Positions 14,600-28,699 of a stretch of 64,000 nt of DNA are shown piece by piece (the first letter of the stretch is position 1; each line of letters opens with the position of its first letter). This DNA comes from Eledone cirrhosa. Lineage: Eukaryota. The stretch covers positions 261,206,001 through 261,270,000 of the forward strand of contig OZ024742.1 of the NCBI GenBank assembly GCA_964016885.1, in the 5' to 3' direction. Both the position numbers and the translations under genes were made by a program. The notes beneath the pieces are model-generated. The model was not told the DNA's origin. It ran no database searches and saw only the letters and a list, made by a program, of their open reading frames with translations.

Positions 14600-15250
14600 C
14601 CTGTGCTCATGGGAAGGTAGGTCTTCTGTATTACTAAATAACGCCAGAGATCTCTGTGTCATTACCTTTGAGAGGTGCAAATCAGCATGGTCAGCTTTTA
14701 TCATTTCATCCCAAGTCTTCCTGGGTCTCTCCACTCCAGGGCTTCCATCAACTTTCAGCACTCTGCACCTTTGTTTACCACTGTCACTCTTCATACGCAT
14801 CACATGTCCATACCAACGCAATCTTCTCTCTTGCCCACTACATCTGATTCTTCTTAATGCCTAGTTTCTCTCTCTGTTTGTTTATGCTTTGCCGTTCACG
14901 CATATTACTATTACACATCCATTGGAGCATGCAAGCTTCATTTCTTTCCAATCTACGCAAGGCATCATACAGTCTGCCTTTCATTTTGAGGGAAAAGCCC
15001 TTTGTAGTTAATAGTGGTAGTAGCTCCTTGAACTTCTTCCATCCTGTTCTCACTCTGACTGCTGTACTTTCGGAACACACACCTCCGCTGCTAATTTAGT
15101 CACCCAGGTAGCAGAAGCTGTCTACTGCTTCTACTGAACCTTCCCAGAATTTGATAGTACTTGATTCCTGTGGTTGTTTGCTGCTTGCTACTCCGGTTCA
15201 GCGGCTACATGTAAAACCTATGTTCTTAGCTAAATTGCCTGAGATCCCAC
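14600..15250 (-). mobile_element. RTE-like LINE 3' fragment
   Basis: RVRTGWKKFKELLPLL..KGRLYDA, RWYGHVMRM, GVERPRKTW. Confidence 0.8.
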
Positions 15251-15507
15251 TACATGTTGCTTTTCCTGATAGGATATATTTTGGTATGGTTTCTATGGAA
15301 GGATGCCCTTCTTACCACCTACCATTTTACAGTATGTACTGGGTGCATTTTATTGTGGTACCAGCACTATCACTTTATAGAGCATACTGGGTACATTTTT
15401 ATCATGGCATCATCACCATCACTTTTCAGAGTGTATTAGGTGCATTTTTATCATGGCGTGAGCAGTAGAGAGGTTGTCATGTTTTTTTACTTTACATTTT
15501 GTTTCAG

Positions 15508-15624
15508 GACTTCAATGCTTTAATACAGTACATGGATCAGTTCCAGCCTAATGACTTTTTGGAAGCTATGTCAGATTTTCACCTTCTCTTGTTTCTCGCG
15601 ACTTGTGATATGCTTCCACTTAAG
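15508..15624 (+). CDS. NPLOC4: NPL4 exon, C-terminal domain
   Basis: Encodes DFNALIQY...FLEAMSDFHLLLFLATCDMLPLK. Confidence 0.95.
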
Positions 15625-15794
15625 GTAAGGTGTTCATGCCTCTTACTTCTTTCTCTTTCATATACCTTAGTGAAGGCATGTGGCCTAGTAGTTAGGGTGT
15701 TGGGCTCATGATAATCAGGTCATGAGTTCAATTCCTAGACCAGATGCTGCATTGTGTTCTTAAGCAAGCTGCTGTATCTCATGTTGCTTTATAT

Positions 15795-16133
15795 CAGTGG
15801 TTCCCAACCTTTTGTGTACCATACCCCACCTTAACATCTCAAAACTTGTCATGCCCTTCTTTGATATGAAAATGCACATTCTTTGATATGAAAACAGCGA
15901 TAATCAACTGCAAAGTGTAAACAAATGTATAGGTGGTGCCAGATGCACAGTAACATGCGTGGAAGAGGTGAGATAGAAGTTTCCAACAGTAATATGTACC
16001 AAAGTTGCCTTCATGTAAAGGTAATAAGGTAAAATCTGAAGTTTCTTCTCATTAACATCTTTTTCAAATTCCACCTCCTTAAATATTCAAATTGTCCCCC
16101 TTTTGGGCATGTACCCCACGATGAGAATCACTG
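15795..16133. mobile_element. hAT-Charlie-type MITE
   Basis: Ends CAGTGGTTCCCAA...GAGAATCACTG with a perfect 8-bp TSD CTTTATAT (15787-15794 and 16134-16141). Confidence 0.85.
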
Positions 16134-16459
16134 CTTTATATGATACACTGGAGCCCCTAACCTTAAAACACCTGAGAAACTTCCTATGCGATGCAACCTC
16201 ATAGGAAAGTAGCTAAAATTGCATAGGTGTGAGCTAAAACAACATGATATGACTTGGGCTCCTATTATTAAAACACCTCCAAGAAACCTATGAGATACAA
16301 GAATCTCAGTTGTGAACAAATTTGTATAATTAAATAAAATATATAATAATTTTCTGCCATCAATAAATAAAACACTAAACATCATTGCCATGTAGCAGCT
16401 TTGTGAAAATATCCAAAGTGTTGGAGAGGGTCATATGGTGTTGTGACTTATCACATGAT

Positions 16460-16830
16460 TTGACTACATCTTAACTTCTCTATGCTACATCTCAACACAT
16501 CTTGGCTACATGATAATGTGTAATCATATCTTAAAATCTCTTGGTTACATCTTAGCGCCTCCTAGCTATAACTTAACACCTCCTGGTTACATCTTAACAT
16601 CTTGGCTACATGATAACATCTCCTAGCTACATCTTAACACCTCTTGTCTACATCTGAACACATCTTGTCTACATCTTAACACTTCTTACCTACATCTTAG
16701 CACCTCTTAGTTATATCTTAACACCTAGCTACATCATAACACCTAGTTACATCATAACACATAGTTACATCTTAGCACTTCTTAGCTACATCTTAACATT
16801 GATAATATCTTTTAGTTACATTTTAGCCAC
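16460..16830. repeat. Minisatellite, unit about 20 bp (GCTACATCTTAACACCTCTTA-like)
   Basis: Visible degenerate tandem copies. Confidence 0.85.
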
Positions 16831-17340
16831 TGAAAGTCCACATTCTGTGCTAGTTTATGCCAACCAGCAACTTACAAGAAACCATGAGTACACCAACCCG
16901 ATATCTATTATATTCCTTTAGCATCTTGTTATGGAAGTGAACTGCACACTTGCTTTTGTTACCATCTTTTTAATGAAAATCACTGTCTATGATTTTCAAA
17001 TGACTTTGAAAATAATTAAGAATTTGAATGAATTTAGTGATATACAACTTCCTCATAATTTAGCTGGTATTTGGAACATAATGTAAAGGTTTTTACTTAA
17101 AATTATGATGGAAGGCTTTTAGATAAATAAGTGTTTCTACTTTTGGCACAAGGCCAGCAATTACCCAGTGCATTACTGGTACTTTATTTTATCGACCCCG
17201 TAAGGATAAATAATAAAACTTAAAAGCAAACAGTTTTATATTGAAGAACCAAGGCTGGTTGCAGACAGTTTGGTATCAAAAGTGTTAATGAATGCCCTGG
17301 TATCCAATCCTCTGATCTATCTATTATTGTTCTATTTTAG

Positions 17341-17452
17341 GAGAATATTTCAATGATATTGGAAGCTGTAAAAACCAAAGATAAGGAACTTGCACACCAG
17401 TTTAAGAAATCAGTAGGATGGGCAACAGTTGAGGAAATGATGGCTGCACAAG
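17341..17452 (+). CDS. NPLOC4: NPL4 exon
   Basis: ttttAG...GTaact. Encodes ENISMILEAVKTKDKELAHQFKKSVGWATVEEMMAAQ (LEAV...WAT.E motif). Confidence 0.93.
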
Positions 17453-17795
17453 GTAACTTTTGTAATTCCTTTGTATTATAAATGAGGGACATTATTTGAA
17501 GAGGGGATGTAATTTCTTCTAAAAAATGAGGGTCTTTGCTTGAAGATGGCATGGTTGCCGAAGTTGGGTAACTATTGTAATTCCTCTGTATTCTCATAAA
17601 TGAGAGACTTTACTTTAAGAGGAAAGGGTTGCCCATGGATGAGTAACTTTTGTAATTCCTCTGTATTCTTCTCATAAACAAATGACCTGGATTAAAGAGG
17701 GCATCACTACCCAAGGTAGGTAACTTGTAATTCCCCTCTATTTTTCTGATATATGCAAGACCTTACTTGAAGCAAGCATAGTTGCTCATGGGTGT
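17431..17795 (+). repeat. Degenerate tandem repeat (about 75 bp) of the exon end and splice donor
   Basis: GTAACT..TGTAATTCC.CT.TATT recurs four times, followed by a partial fifth unit. Confidence 0.75.
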
Positions 17796-17913
17796 GGAAT
17801 CTTTGATATATCTTTTATTCTTTTGCGTTTTTGCTGGTTTCAATCATTAGACAGCAATCATGCTGGGGTACCACCTTAAAGGGATTTTAGTAAATTGTAT
17901 CAGCCTCATTACA

Positions 17914-19158
17914 TACAGGAAGTATCTGTTTTTTTAGGACATTTGCGTGAATTTAGAAAACGATGCATAACACATCAAAGAAATGCTATATTTAGATACA
18001 AATATTATTTTCAATACATTTATGATATCTATTCAATGAATCCTTCAATAGCTTTCATGACTGCTTCAATATCGGGTTTGAAGCGTTGGCATTCCCGAAT
18101 CAGAAGACCTCTATCAATATTGGACATTGTGCTGGTAATGGTGGGCTTGAGAGATTCCATAGTGTTGTGAGGGTGATGATTGACCTCTCTTTCATCTACG
18201 CTCCATACGTAATAGTGCAGGGAATAGAGCTCTGGTGAGCTAGGAAGCCATGTATCTGGAAGAACCTAGTCATGGAGATTGTTACGCATCCATGCTTGTG
18301 TCGTTCTGGCCTTATGAGAGGGTGAAGAGTCTTGTTGGAAGACAAATGGTCTTCTGTTGCTTGACCTCTCTGTCCAGGGCTTCGCAAGTGTCACCAACAC
18401 TTCTTTGTAGACAGTAGCATTGACTCTTAAGCCCTAAGAAAAAAATGAGGAGGAATGATATCTCCCTTGTTGCTGACAACACTCAGAACAATTACAGTCG
18501 CTGGAAATTTGGTGTGCATGACTGTTGGAACCTCATTTGAGTCTCTGCATAGCTATCTGTTGTTTATTCAGTTGACCTTTTGGTCCTGATCAAAGATTTT
18601 CTCATCAGAATTCCAGCTTCTTGATGTTTTTTCTTTTTAGTAAGTGCTTTGCACAGACCAAACAATCTTCTTTTGTTATATACAACAAAAACTGGCCTCC
18701 CCACATCACATATGACTTGTTTGGTTATCTTCATGAACAACTCTTCTGATGGTGCATGCTGAAACTTTAAGGTCATTTGCAATGGCTCTGATTGACTTAG
18801 CTGGGGTTTTATTGATTAATTTTTAAACTTTTTTATTTTTATAAACATAGATGTTCTGATTGTATTAGGACCTTGTGCATGCATTTTGTGCTTGGCTGCT
18901 GATGTTGGATCCTTGTCAGCAGCTTCCAGATCCTTTCTAACTTTGATGACGATGGATCAGGCAACTTTCAAGAAGGAAGCTATCGCTGAATCACTATGCT
19001 GTGCTTTTATGGCTACAATTACAGCGTGCCTTTTCATTTGCTGAGTCAATTTAATGTCTGGCATTATTTATCTGAAAAACTGAAAAAAAAAACAAATTTG
19101 TGATAAGAAAGTTAGAGCGCAAGAAATAGATATCCTCAAAAAACTGATGCACCCTGTA
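17914..19158 (-). mobile_element. Decayed Tc1/mariner-like (probably maT/DD37D-type) DNA transposon
   Basis: Imperfect TIRs (TA-CAGGAAGTATCTGTTTTTTTAGGA vs TA-CAGGGTGCATCAGTTTTTTGAGGA). Minus-strand W..SSPEL.SLHYYVW is a relic of WPPSSPDLNPLDY. Confidence 0.75.
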
Positions 19159-19483
19159 TTTTTTAAGCTTGGTACTTATTTTATTGATCTCTTTGTTTTT
19201 GTTGAATTGGTAACTTACAGGACATACATACAAATGCAGACACTAATGTAAACATAGATATAAACACACACGTACATGGTGTCACTAGGAATCGAACTCT
19301 TGACTTTATGATTGTGATTTGAACGCTAACCTCTAAGCTACATGCCTTCACAGACAGACATGAATGCACAAACACACAGATACACACACAAAACAGTTTT
19401 GCAAATATGTACACACAAACACCAATCCAAACGATCTCATAGTAGTTTTGTCATTGTCTACAGATGTACCTTTCTCTTTTCAG

Positions 19484-19680
19484 CGATGCCAATAGATGAA
19501 TCAAGCAGTGTGAATTTTGTGGCTGGTGCTGAAGCCAGCAATACCAATGTAATTGATATACCTGGCGTTGGTGGTGCCGGGGGCAGTGGAAGTACTGGAT
19601 CCAGCTGGGCCTGTGCCTACTGCACTTACATCAATCGGTCAGGTGATGCTGCCTGTGAGATGTGCTCTCTGCCTCCCTGA
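19484..19680 (+). CDS. NPLOC4: NPL4 last coding exon, ubiquitin-binding NZF finger and stop
   Basis: Acceptor tttctcttttcAG, phase 1. Ends WACAYCTYINRSGDAACEMCSLPP*. Confidence 0.94.
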
Positions 19681-20883
19681 GACATTTTTGTTATAATTTC
19701 TCTCCCTTCCACCAACCCACACTCTACACCTTATGTTTTGCCTCTCTTGCAATGTTACCTGACTCACTTCTCTCCCTCCCCTAGCTGCTTCCCACCCCAG
19801 GATCATGAGGCAAGCATTAACCCCTTTCCTTCTCCCCTTCGTCTCTCTTTCTGTGCCTCCCTTTGCTACCAGTTGATGAACTGGATCTCAGGTTTGATGG
19901 ACTTCCTTCTCTCTCCTATTGCCCCCCTTCTCTCTCTCTCATTCTTTCTACACACACACACACACACACTCTCTCTCTCTCTCTCTCTCTCTAACTCGTG
20001 CAATCTCCTTGCTCCTCTTTTTTTTTAGTTTTTGTTATGAAGATTGTTGGATGTTTTCCTTTATTTTAATACTCACCCACCCTTACACTCCTTTACAGCC
20101 TCAGACCTCTCTAACACTTGTTTGATGGTGATGCATAGTGGTGGGTGTGACAGTGAAGGCAGTGGTTTGGGGGAGAAGAAAGGATTCCTTGACACATCTC
20201 ATCCTCTCACCCCACTTACATAATGATAGGTGTGGTTGTGAAGGCCATGGTTTTGTGGAGAGGGAAGGATTCCTGGACACACCTCATCCTCACTCCACCC
20301 CCACACACACACATTCACATAGAAGTGGGTGAGGTAATGAAGGTAGTGGTTTGTGGAAGGGAAGGATTCCTGTATGCACTCCCTTCTGTTATCTTCATCC
20401 TCGCCCCAAGCACACTCACCACTCCCACCTTTTATTATATGTTGGACTAAAGAAAGTTGTTTTCTTTGGATGGAAAGAAGAATAAAAAAGAAAATATAAT
20501 GAAATAATATAACAACAAAAACAACAGCAAGTGTTCTAAGGCCATTTACCCCTGCCAAAGCAGGAGTTAGTCTTGCAGAACGCCCCACCATGATAGGCTT
20601 CATTCTTATCATAGAGGCCTTTTTGAGGCTCTTTTTATAGCTGGATGCCCTTCCTAGCACCAGCCCTTTTAGTCACCTCTTACGACAAGCAGGGATATGG
20701 TGTACATAAATAGAAGATAAATGTGGAAACAAAGTCACGACAAAGAAAAATATGAAAAAACACAAACCTAGAAAACCAACCAGACTGTTCTACACCAATT
20801 AACAGCTTTGTATGTGTGTATATAAATATATATATCTTTTCTTCTATTTTTCTCTATTCTTCTGACTATTGCACATGCACAAA

Positions 20884-20940
<57 letters not shown>

Positions 20941-23900
20941 ACGTGTGTGTGTGTATAAATACATATATACACACAGAAAAAAAATTAAAAACAGGAAGAA
21001 ACATGTCCATGCATGCCTCTTTGCTCATGAGGTAAGCTGGTTGCTGGTTCCATTTATTGATCACACCAGTAAAATAATGCTGGTAACTGATCTAATTGGC
21101 TCTGTTGATAATTTTCATTAAAAAAATTGCTTAACTTCGCACATTTGTATATTAAGACAGTTCTAATAACACACATACACACACACATACATGCATAAAC
21201 ACACAAAGCCTACAGCCATTCTATGACACATATTTCACATTTTATGTTGTATGTGTATATAAATTATATAATAACTTCAAATGGAATCAGTGTTTGGTTG
21301 TTATTTATCAAAATCGGTAGATCTGACGCAACAGAACTGAGTTTAATCCTTTTTGTACCAAACTGCCCCCTGATTCTATGATTCATTCCCATTAGTTTTA
21401 AAGTGGCCATATTTGAATGTAAACATTCCATCAACATTTGTGAGAAAGAACATTTTGTTTATGTTCTGAACATCAGCTTAATAAGAAAATTATATTATAA
21501 AATCACTTTAAATTCTTGATTATTTTTTAAATTAATTGAAAATTATTTGCAGTGTTTTTCTTTAGAAATATAGTAACAAGAGGGTTACCACTTAACAACC
21601 TGTAATGATTTAGTAGAAAATATCTAAAAACAAGTTGCTTAATTTAAATGTTAATAGTATTTTTATTAGTGTACAGATCATTGTGAAGATTTGCAGTATT
21701 ATCTCTTTATATTCTGCAAAGACTTAGCAGAAAATATCCCAAAACAGGTTGTTAATTCAAATGTTTATAGAATCTTTACTCATAGACAAATTATTGTGAA
21801 AAGTGTTAAGTAAACATTTTTCTTCTAACCAGAAGTTTCTCAAAATTTTTAATAAGAATAGCATTAAGGTGAATTATATTTGAACTTATAATTTTACTTC
21901 CTCTTTCGCTACAATTAATAGAAAGAGATCAGTATATACAAGCACTCAAAATGTAACACTACAATGCCATTGCTTCACTAGCAATACCTGCTAAAGGGTT
22001 AATAATTTTTTAAAATGTGATATCCTGTGATATGCTCACTAATAGTGACAATGCAAAATTTATATGTGCCAGGAATGGTGGACTTGAGAGATTCCATAGT
22101 GTTGTGAGGGTGATGATTGACCTCTCTTTCATCTACGCTCCATACGTAATAGTGCAGGGAATAGAACTCTGGTGAGCTAGGAGGCCATGTATCTGGAAGA
22201 ACCTAGGTAACACCAGCATACCTTTTCATTCAGTTTGCAGAAAAAAGTACTGGAATACTCTCAGTAAATCTGAAATCTGAAGGACATGTATTCACAAGTA
22301 TATTACTCACTGGTCAACTATCAAATCTGCTCCTTTATATATTAACGGCTTCAAGTATTCTCATAACCCCCTGACACAGCCGTTGCACCTACTAAATTCA
22401 AGATTAGAACTAGTTTCCTTAAAAGAAGTGTGTACCTGTTATTCAAAGCACTAGCCTTGAAAGTGAGACCTTGAGCCAGCGGATGAACTTCTACATTGTT
22501 GCTTGAATGGCTAAAAACAATCATTAATTACTGCTTAAAAAAAGGAATGACACATTAGACAATGTCATCCAAGTCTTGAGTATATTGGGAGCACTGATTC
22601 CTAATATGTTATCGATTTTGTTCTACTCGGAAGCTGAAATTAGGGCTGCATCATCATTATCATCATTTAACGCCCATTTTCCATACTAGCGTGGGTAGGA
22701 TGGGCTGTCCTGTTATAAGAGATTCAGGTCAGAGGACTGAGTTTTGCTCACAGAACTGATTTTGGCTTGGTTTCTACGGCTGGATGTCCTTCCTAATGCC
22801 AACCACATTTACAGGGTGTGATGGGTACTTTTTGTTGTGACACCTACATAACCACTTTACAGTATAGACTGGGCGCTTTTTTGTTATGACACCTACAAGA
22901 CCACTTTATGGTGTGGTTTGGGGACTTGGGTTGGGAAGATGCATGAGGAATTGGGGAGGTAAATATAGGGATGGGATGATTACATGTATAGGAGGGGAGG
23001 TGGTGCATACTAGATGTATGCCTCATCGCCTTAGAAATGCAGTAGAATTTAAATATCTTTGGATATATTTGAACTGCTGATTCTAAAAATCGCATCAGAT
23101 ATGTCTTATCAGCTCTAATTAATTAATAATCACATGTCTTCGGTAGCAAAATGTGTGTTAGTGAGTATAATAATTCTGCTGGATCAAATATAACCTAGTA
23201 ATAAAAGACAGTAACAATGCTACTGCTGAAATAACAAAATGAAAATCAATGTGTCAAAAACTAAACTTTATTGATCACAAGACAAACTGGAAATGAGTGA
23301 GGGATGGGCTCAAAGAATCGAACCAATACAACATAATGTTCTTTGTTCTATATTGGTACAATGAAAACAAAAAAGGAACATAGTTATTTCTTTTCTTTTA
23401 TTTCTCCTAAGTTAGAGTTTGTCACAGGGCTTTATAGATAAGGTAAGGGCATGTGTGGTAATAAACTGACAGGTTAAAAGAATGGGGGGGGGGGCTGACT
23501 TTGCTGTAACTAGGTGCCTTACCATATTTAAAGGGACTACAAATTAATCTTTTTGCTCCCATAAAGAATATGCTAGAGTTCCAATCAAATTTTCAGCCAG
23601 GGGTTCCATGCAAGCTTAATCCACCTCTTAGTAATAAAGGGTGACATTCTTTCATTTTAAGACTCTTTTAAGTATCACAGGAATCCAGCAATGTCGGGCA
23701 ATCTCAAGCCATAGTCTACTTTTGTGGATCCCCATGATCCCACCACCAATCTCAACATGGTAGAACTGATCTGGAGCAAAATAAAAGGGAAATTATGTCC
23801 CACATAAAACAAAACAATTTAAAATAAAATTGCTACAATGCAGATAACTATAATAAAATACCACTGGACATAAAAAAAAGTGAACAGGATGCCTAGGCTC

Positions 23901-24029
23901 ACCCAGCATGCAAGGGATGTGGGGTTTGTTTCCTGTAGGCATATCTATTCACTTTTTTATGACTCCAGAGCTGCTTTACCTGATTTATTCAACTATTATT
24001 TATGAATATCAACTATTATTTATGGTTAT

Positions 24030-24220
24030 CGTGGATTGGCAGTATCGGTAGAGGGTCGGACGCCATGCTTTGACACATAGAGTTACGACCCTTGCCAATC
24101 TGAGTTCAAATCCCGCTGAGGTTAACTTTGCCTTTCATCCTTATGGGGTCGATAAAATAAAGTACCAGTAATACACTGGGTAATTGCTGGCCTTGTACCA
24201 AAAGTAGAAACAATTATTAT
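24030..24220 (+). mobile_element. SINE family A
   Basis: Near-identical to 11159-11346. Confidence 0.85.
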
Positions 24221-24534
24221 AGCTAGCTGCATTGAATTGACTATATTTTCAAACTTTGCAATGCTTCTTAAGCCAAACCAAGACGTGTTTACACAAACCA
24301 TTTAATTTTACATTAATTTATATCCTTTTTCTTATAAATTAATCGCTAGGAATTTACAAACATAGATGATTCGGGTATTGTTCAGTTTCATTTTATTCCC
24401 CGATTATGTATGGTAATTTCTGTGAATTGCTGAATTGGTTTTACAATTAAATCTTTCCGAGTTTGCATACACAAATAAATCAAGCACTGTTCAGTAGAGT
24501 TTATTTTAAGGAAATTTTAGAACTGCACAAATCT

Positions 24535-24747
24535 TTAACCCTTTAGCATTTAAACCGGCCATATCTGGCCAGAACTATCTCACCTCTTTCTGTTCAAACC
24601 AGCCGTATCTGGCCACTCATACCTACAGTAAGGTACTGTTCTCAAAATAGATAACATCAAAATTTCATAGATTCAATATTATGTAAGATAAAGCCTTTAC
24701 TGTGAAAATGCAATAGTAAATATAGAATAATGTAAATGCTAAAGGGT
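24535..24747. mobile_element. Second piggyBac-like MITE family
   Basis: TTAACCCTTTAGCATTTA...AAATGCTAAAGGG. Further copies at about 25096-25300 and 335-517. Confidence 0.65.
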
Positions 24748-27700
24748 GCTTGATATTCTTTGAATCTGAAAAGCATTTGTAAAGGCTATTTTTAATATTT
24801 TATGATTTGTTTTTCACCATCATTTACAATGCAAGCACATGTAATATTTGATTCAAAATGTAAACTTAGTGTACAAAATTAGATTTAAAATTGCACAAGT
24901 AGGGGTCAACTGTGTCTTTAAAATAATCAATGCTATCCAGTTACATTTTGTTACCCAATTATGTATGGTGATTGCTAAAGATTGCTGAATTTCCATGATA
25001 TTTAAAAAAACTTAAAATAAATGAATGCCTAAAGAGTTATTTGAGGCCAATCATATCAATTTTACATATTTGTACACAAACGATCACTAAAGCCTTAACC
25101 CTTTAGCATTTAAACCTGCCACATCTGGCCAGAATTCTCTTACCTCCTGCTGTACAAACTGGTCGTAACTGCCTGCTAATACCGATGTTAAGGTATTATT
25201 CTCAAAATAAATAATCTCAAGATCTCATAGATTTGATATTATGTGAGAGAAAGCCTTTTCTGTAAAAATACAATAGTACATATAGAGTAATGTAAATGTC
25301 CTCAGGGGGTTACAGGATATGTTTTATCTCGCTCTTATATAAGCCAACAAGGGAGCTTCAATACTCTTGCTTAATCTGCTAGAAATAACAGCTAAAGATA
25401 TCTCTGAAATCACTCACCCTTTTCTCTTATAAAATGGACACATTGAATAATGTAGTCTAGGATATAAAATACTTGAAAGAATATGGGATGGTCATGGTTG
25501 GAATACCTTTGATCATAGGCCAACTGGATCACAGCTGATCTGGGTTTAAACAATAACAATAATGTAAAGCTTACTCTCATATTAGGCAGAGACTGGGGAG
25601 AAGAAAGAGGGATCCATGTTTTGCTTGTGAAAATTTGTGGTTTATCTGTTAGTTAGTCTGTCTATTTATCTGCCTATCTGTTTGTCTGTCTAGTAGCCTG
25701 ACTATGTGGCTGACAGTCTGTCGGCCTTGCCCCTTACATGGTGCCACAGCACTATAAAGTACTTTAACAAAATACATTCTTTTCCCTGTTGCAGAAGGAA
25801 GTGCCAGTAGGAAATACTAGAGATAGTAAAAGTATATTAAAAATAGTTGCAAAGGTGATGTTAATGCTTATGATCCACTCAGTTTTGACGATGAGTGTCC
25901 AGTTTCATCAACGGAATAGTCTGCCCATGACTGGCTGAGCATCCCACTGATGTGTACTGAAGGAGATTCAGTGTGACAAGGTGAATGACAAGGCTGGCCT
26001 TTTAAATTACAAGTACAATCTATCTGACAAGCTTTCAAATAGTTTCTGTCTACCCAATTTCACTCACAAGACATGGGTCGACCTGAGACTATGGTAAATG
26101 ACAAGATACCAGGTAGTGGAATTGAACTTAGGACTTAATGATTGTGAAACAAATTCCTTAACCATTTGGCCATACCTGTGACCACTGCAAAAGTAATAGT
26201 AGTTATACTAATTGGGGATATATCAGTTCAGAGTGAAGCCTTACCAATTCAAAGTGATAAAGATTTCAAAATGAGACTTTATGACTTAAAAGTGAGAATA
26301 GCAATTTCAAAATGAAATTGACACGAACAGATATTATGGTGATATTTTGAGAGATGAATAGAGAATGTAAAATGACATTGTAACATCATTTGTAATGTCA
26401 ACTTGCCTGGTTAATAAGTTTTTATCGGCCAAGCAATTTCACTGATTCACAATCATAACAATCTATGAGCTAATTAGAAGCAACATTAGAAATTGTGTCT
26501 TCTTTGTTCTATGATCACTTGATGCTGATTATCTTAGTCATTACAAAAACCATGTTCACAGAATAAACAGTTTAACTTTTAAACAATTAGATGATATGCT
26601 GTTCCTGAAAAACACCTAACTTTGAAATCATTATTCTCACTTAGGATTACAAATATTCTAGTAGTCTTGGTAATAGTAATGGTGGTATGGGCAGTGGTAT
26701 TCGTAGTAAAAATATTAGAATTTTTGGTAGTAGTGGTAGTCATGCTAATAATGGTTATGTATGGAAAAAATTGTATTAGTATAGGTGGTGGGTTCTGGTT
26801 GTAAGAAATATTGATGATTGCGAAACCATTTTTTTATTATTTGCTATTCACTTAATGATGACTTGGTTGACAAACAGCATCATAATATTATTAATAAAAT
26901 AATATTAATAGCATTATAATATTGTTGTTAATAGTATTATAATGTTATTATTAACATAAAATATAATATTGTGGATTAACTTTGTGTAACATCTTAATGT
27001 GGACTGTTAGCTGTAGTCTGTACAGACCAACAGCATTAGAATGTGGTTAATAACATTATATTAATATTGATAACAATTTTGTTTGTACAGACAGTATTTT
27101 ACTTTTTTTAATACTTACAACACTGTTTAAGGGTCATCTTAACTGCATTATAGGCTTCTGTGTAAAGCAATTAACTGGTGCCCCTACCACAGAATGCATA
27201 AATTAGCATTGGGCATCTCGACCCAGTGAGCCTCCAAGTAACTGCCCAGTGCATCCATGCCTTAAGACAGCACTGCTATGTTTTGATCAATTTGATCTTT
27301 GATTGATTACAAGTGTATTATTCCTTGACTTGTTTACTCATGGGTCTTGAACAGAGTTGTTAGGGTGCCATCACGATATGACGGAGGCTATCCCTCTCCA
27401 GGTCTGAACACAACCAGTTTCTTCAAGAGAGAAAAGAGTGGAAGATTGACTCTGGTACTTTATTTATCAACCATGAAAGGATGAAAGAGCTGGAAAGAAT
27501 ATTATCAAGAATTCTATTCGATGATCTAACAACTCTGTCAACTTGTTGCCTTCCTTTCATGTATATACAATACCAAACAGTATTCTAGTTAGAAACCTTT
27601 TAAAAGTTTTTCTTTTTATGTTCACTGTGGCAGTGAAAGGATTGTTGGGACTATGATATGTACGATCCTTTGTTGGCCCCTTCATATAGCTGATTGAGTA

Positions 27701-28699
27701 GGAGAAGAAAACGATAATAGTATTGCTAATAATGGTTTCTAATTTAGGTACAAAGTGAACAGTTTTGAGGGTAAGGGAAGGTTGATTATATTGGCCCCTG
27801 TGCTTGATCTGCACTTTACTTATCGTCCCTGAAAAGATAAAAGGCAAAACTGACCTCAACAAAATTTTAACACGGTGCACAAAGTGCCAGAATGAATAAC
27901 TTAATGCACTCTATCTGACACACTAATGACTGTCACATTCAATGCCTTCTTTCTAAACTAAGGTCCTGAATAAGACAGTTGGGAACCATTACAAACCAAA
28001 CAGATTGAAATGAAGTCTAGATGTAAATGTTGAAAAATAAAAAGCCTCTAATTTCTCGAAACATGATAACAGTATGAAAAATTATAATCGTATTAGCAAC
28101 ACATCTGCATATATATAATTTAATATAACATGTTTTAAACGTTTTTTTTTTAATTTTTTTTTTACCATTTGCAATGAACATAAAAAGGAAAACAAGAGAA
28201 AAATATAAAGTTTTACAATAATTTAGAGATTTTTTTCTTTTTTGGGTTCTGAAAGTAATTTGTTTTTGTTAAAGAGAATAATGAAATGATAGAGTCAAAT
28301 AAGAGTTGTAATATGAAAGACAACACAAAACAATAGATATTTATTAAATGAGAGGAGGTGAAATAATAGAAGAGAGACTTTAACATGTTGGTGTTTGTGA
28401 GGTAACACTGTTGGGCCATTGTGATATCAGGTTTAATTTTGACTGGATAAATCCTCTCTTTTTCTCTTTCATATATATTCATTTAAGTTGTGTGGTTTAC
28501 CAATGGGTAGAACTGGTCATTCCTTAATCATGATGTAATAGTAAGAAAAGCACTCTACGTTATGCAACTCATCCATCGTAGATGTGGTATTCTGTGGCTG
28601 GTGGAGGAACAGAGTTAAATATTTATTTATAACAAGAGAAAGCCGGAGTGGAAATATCCCTTTAAAGTTTTAATGTTGCAACAAACATATTTCAATGGC

